A stretch of 64,000 bases of DNA. Origin: Oculina patagonica. Taxonomy: Eukaryota. Below, piece by piece: positions 62,378-64,000 of the stretch (positions within the stretch are counted from its first letter, which is position 1; each line of letters starts with the position of its first letter). The stretch lies in the NCBI RefSeq assembly GCF_052425735.1, contig NC_135769.1:12090001-12154000 (forward strand), in the 5' to 3' direction. The translations under genes were made by a program, and so were the position numbers. The notes beneath the pieces were generated by a model. It did no database searches. It worked only from the letters and a program-made list of their open reading frames with translations, and was not told where the DNA came from.

Positions 62378-62671
62378 ACGGGTCCCTGGCAAACGCTCCA
62401 GCGAGTAAAACCAAAAACTCCTCCCCTAACAATTGGTCATGAGCTTGGATGAAGAGCCATATTTCCAAAGTAAATTAATTATTTTGGTACCTAGAGAATT
62501 TTGTATTCACAAGGGTAATTTTCGGGGCTTGTTAGTAAAATGTTTCTCCTTTAAACAACGTTAAACAGAATATGTCGCCAGGTCATGAAAAACAAACTTT
62601 TCCATGCTCGGCCAGCAAGTAGTTTCCTTCGGAACTCTTAAGTCAACAGTAGGCAGTAATAATAAGGTGAT

Positions 62672-62809
62672 NNNNNNNNNNNNNNNNNNNNNNNNNNNNN
62701 NNNNNNNNNNNNNNNNNNNNNNNNNNNNNNNNNNNNNNNNNNNNNNNNNNNNNNNNNNNNNNNNNNNNNNNNNNNNNNNNNNNNNNNNNNNNNNNNNNNN
62801 NNNNNNNNN
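62672..62809. other. Assembly gap with low-quality homopolymer flank
   Basis: Run of N followed by poly-T/C/A tracts. Confidence 0.99.
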
Positions 62810-64000
62810 CCCCCCTTCCCCCCTTTTATTTTTTTTTTTTTTTTTTTTTTAGAAATTATTTTTTTTTTTTTTTTTCTCAATATATATTTCTTTTTTTCTT
62901 CAAAAAAAACAAACAAAAACCCCCCCCCCCCATTGCAGCTCTTGAAAAAGAGCAAAGGAGACCGTCGACGTCGGATGTTATATTTCTATTTAGTGAAATG
63001 CTATAAAACTGCTTTTAAACTGAATGGTTAAAAATTAGAGACTACTTTGAACAAAGTCATAGACACATGGCAAGGTCGCGGAACCACAAGTGCCAGCTAC
63101 TGACAAAATCTGCGAAAATTAATTGCCAACGAAAAGTCGATCCTCTTTCTGTTAGTAATATCAAGCCATGGAAGATCACTGAATGACCTACCAAAGCATG
63201 CTAAGGAAGATGGAAGTGTAAAGAAATTCAAATTGTTGTTTAAGAAATTAATGTAAACACTGATTAGTTTGTTATCATTTTATTACCAAAGCTGCAAAAA
63301 ATAAATCACCAGGCATCAATCAATTCGAAGCTATCACACTTTTATGCTTATTATGTTAGGGGATCCTTCATGAATGCAGGGATAAGCTTTGGATATCCAT
63401 TTTAAACTGAAATGTCTTTGAAATTTTGATTCAACGAGTCAGTCTTGATCATGAATAAGCTTAAACACAGGGCCATACAAGCGGTGACTGTGTAAAGTAC
63501 ATGACTTGTCAACGTATCAGCAAACAGTTACATCATCTTGTTAAAATACTGTGAAAAATCGCTTCTGCTTATTTCTCAGTTCAGGTCAACTAATATAGTT
63601 CTCTGAATTGCATAAATTACAAAAAATGCAAAAAACACGAAAGCAATAAAGCAGATTTGATAGCAGAGTTCCGTATTTCCTCGAAAATTATAATTAAAAA
63701 CGCAACTGAGGGGGATAATTATTCATAGAGGGATTACTTCAAATATTTCATGGAAAAGGGGGCATCTAGTTTTTTGTGTGTACGTAGGAGCTTATTAAAA
63801 ATCATGATATTTGTTTTAAAGGTTGGGGGCGATTGTTTATGAGGGGGATAAGTTTAAATATAAGGTCCAAAGGGGGGCAATTAGTTGAGGGGGATTTCAT
63901 TTTTAAATGTTTCATTCAAAGGGGCGATTATTCAAGTATATGGATAAAAAGGGAAGATTATCTTAGGCGGACTTAATAGAAAAATATGTATATGTTTGGT

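Noticed and set aside
61378-62955. ORFs spanning N runs
   Set aside because: They are artefacts of assembly gaps and low-quality flanks.

Overview
This is AT-rich, intron-rich animal genomic DNA. The repeat landscape looks like a stony coral or other anthozoan; that assignment is an inference. Two complete multi-exon genes lie on the minus strand, both reconstructed by hand with GT-AG junctions and consistent phases. The first is a TIF1-family TRIM24/33-like gene (273-12805, 8 exons, ~917 aa: RING, two B-boxes, coiled coil, PHD, bromodomain). The second is an ORP5/8 (OSBPL8-like) lipid-transfer gene (35523-60817: PH, ORD, C-terminal TM anchor) with three candidate alternative N-termini. Between them sit a tandem pair of intronless, unnamed membrane-protein genes (FAIM-like beta domain plus two TM helices), a decayed Academ-like transposon nested in a long foldback element, and an OTU pseudogene. 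Many MITEs and tRNA-derived SINEs occur throughout. Best leads: (1) the FAIM-like 2-TM gene pair; (2) a 386-bp intronic palindrome carrying a minimal Penelope-type hammerhead motif on each strand; (3) acidic versus polybasic alternative first exons of ORP5/8; (4) a duplicated LKRSNS motif in the TIF1 linker whose copies differ only at synonymous sites. There are two N-gaps near the end. No rRNA, true tRNA or CRISPR was seen.
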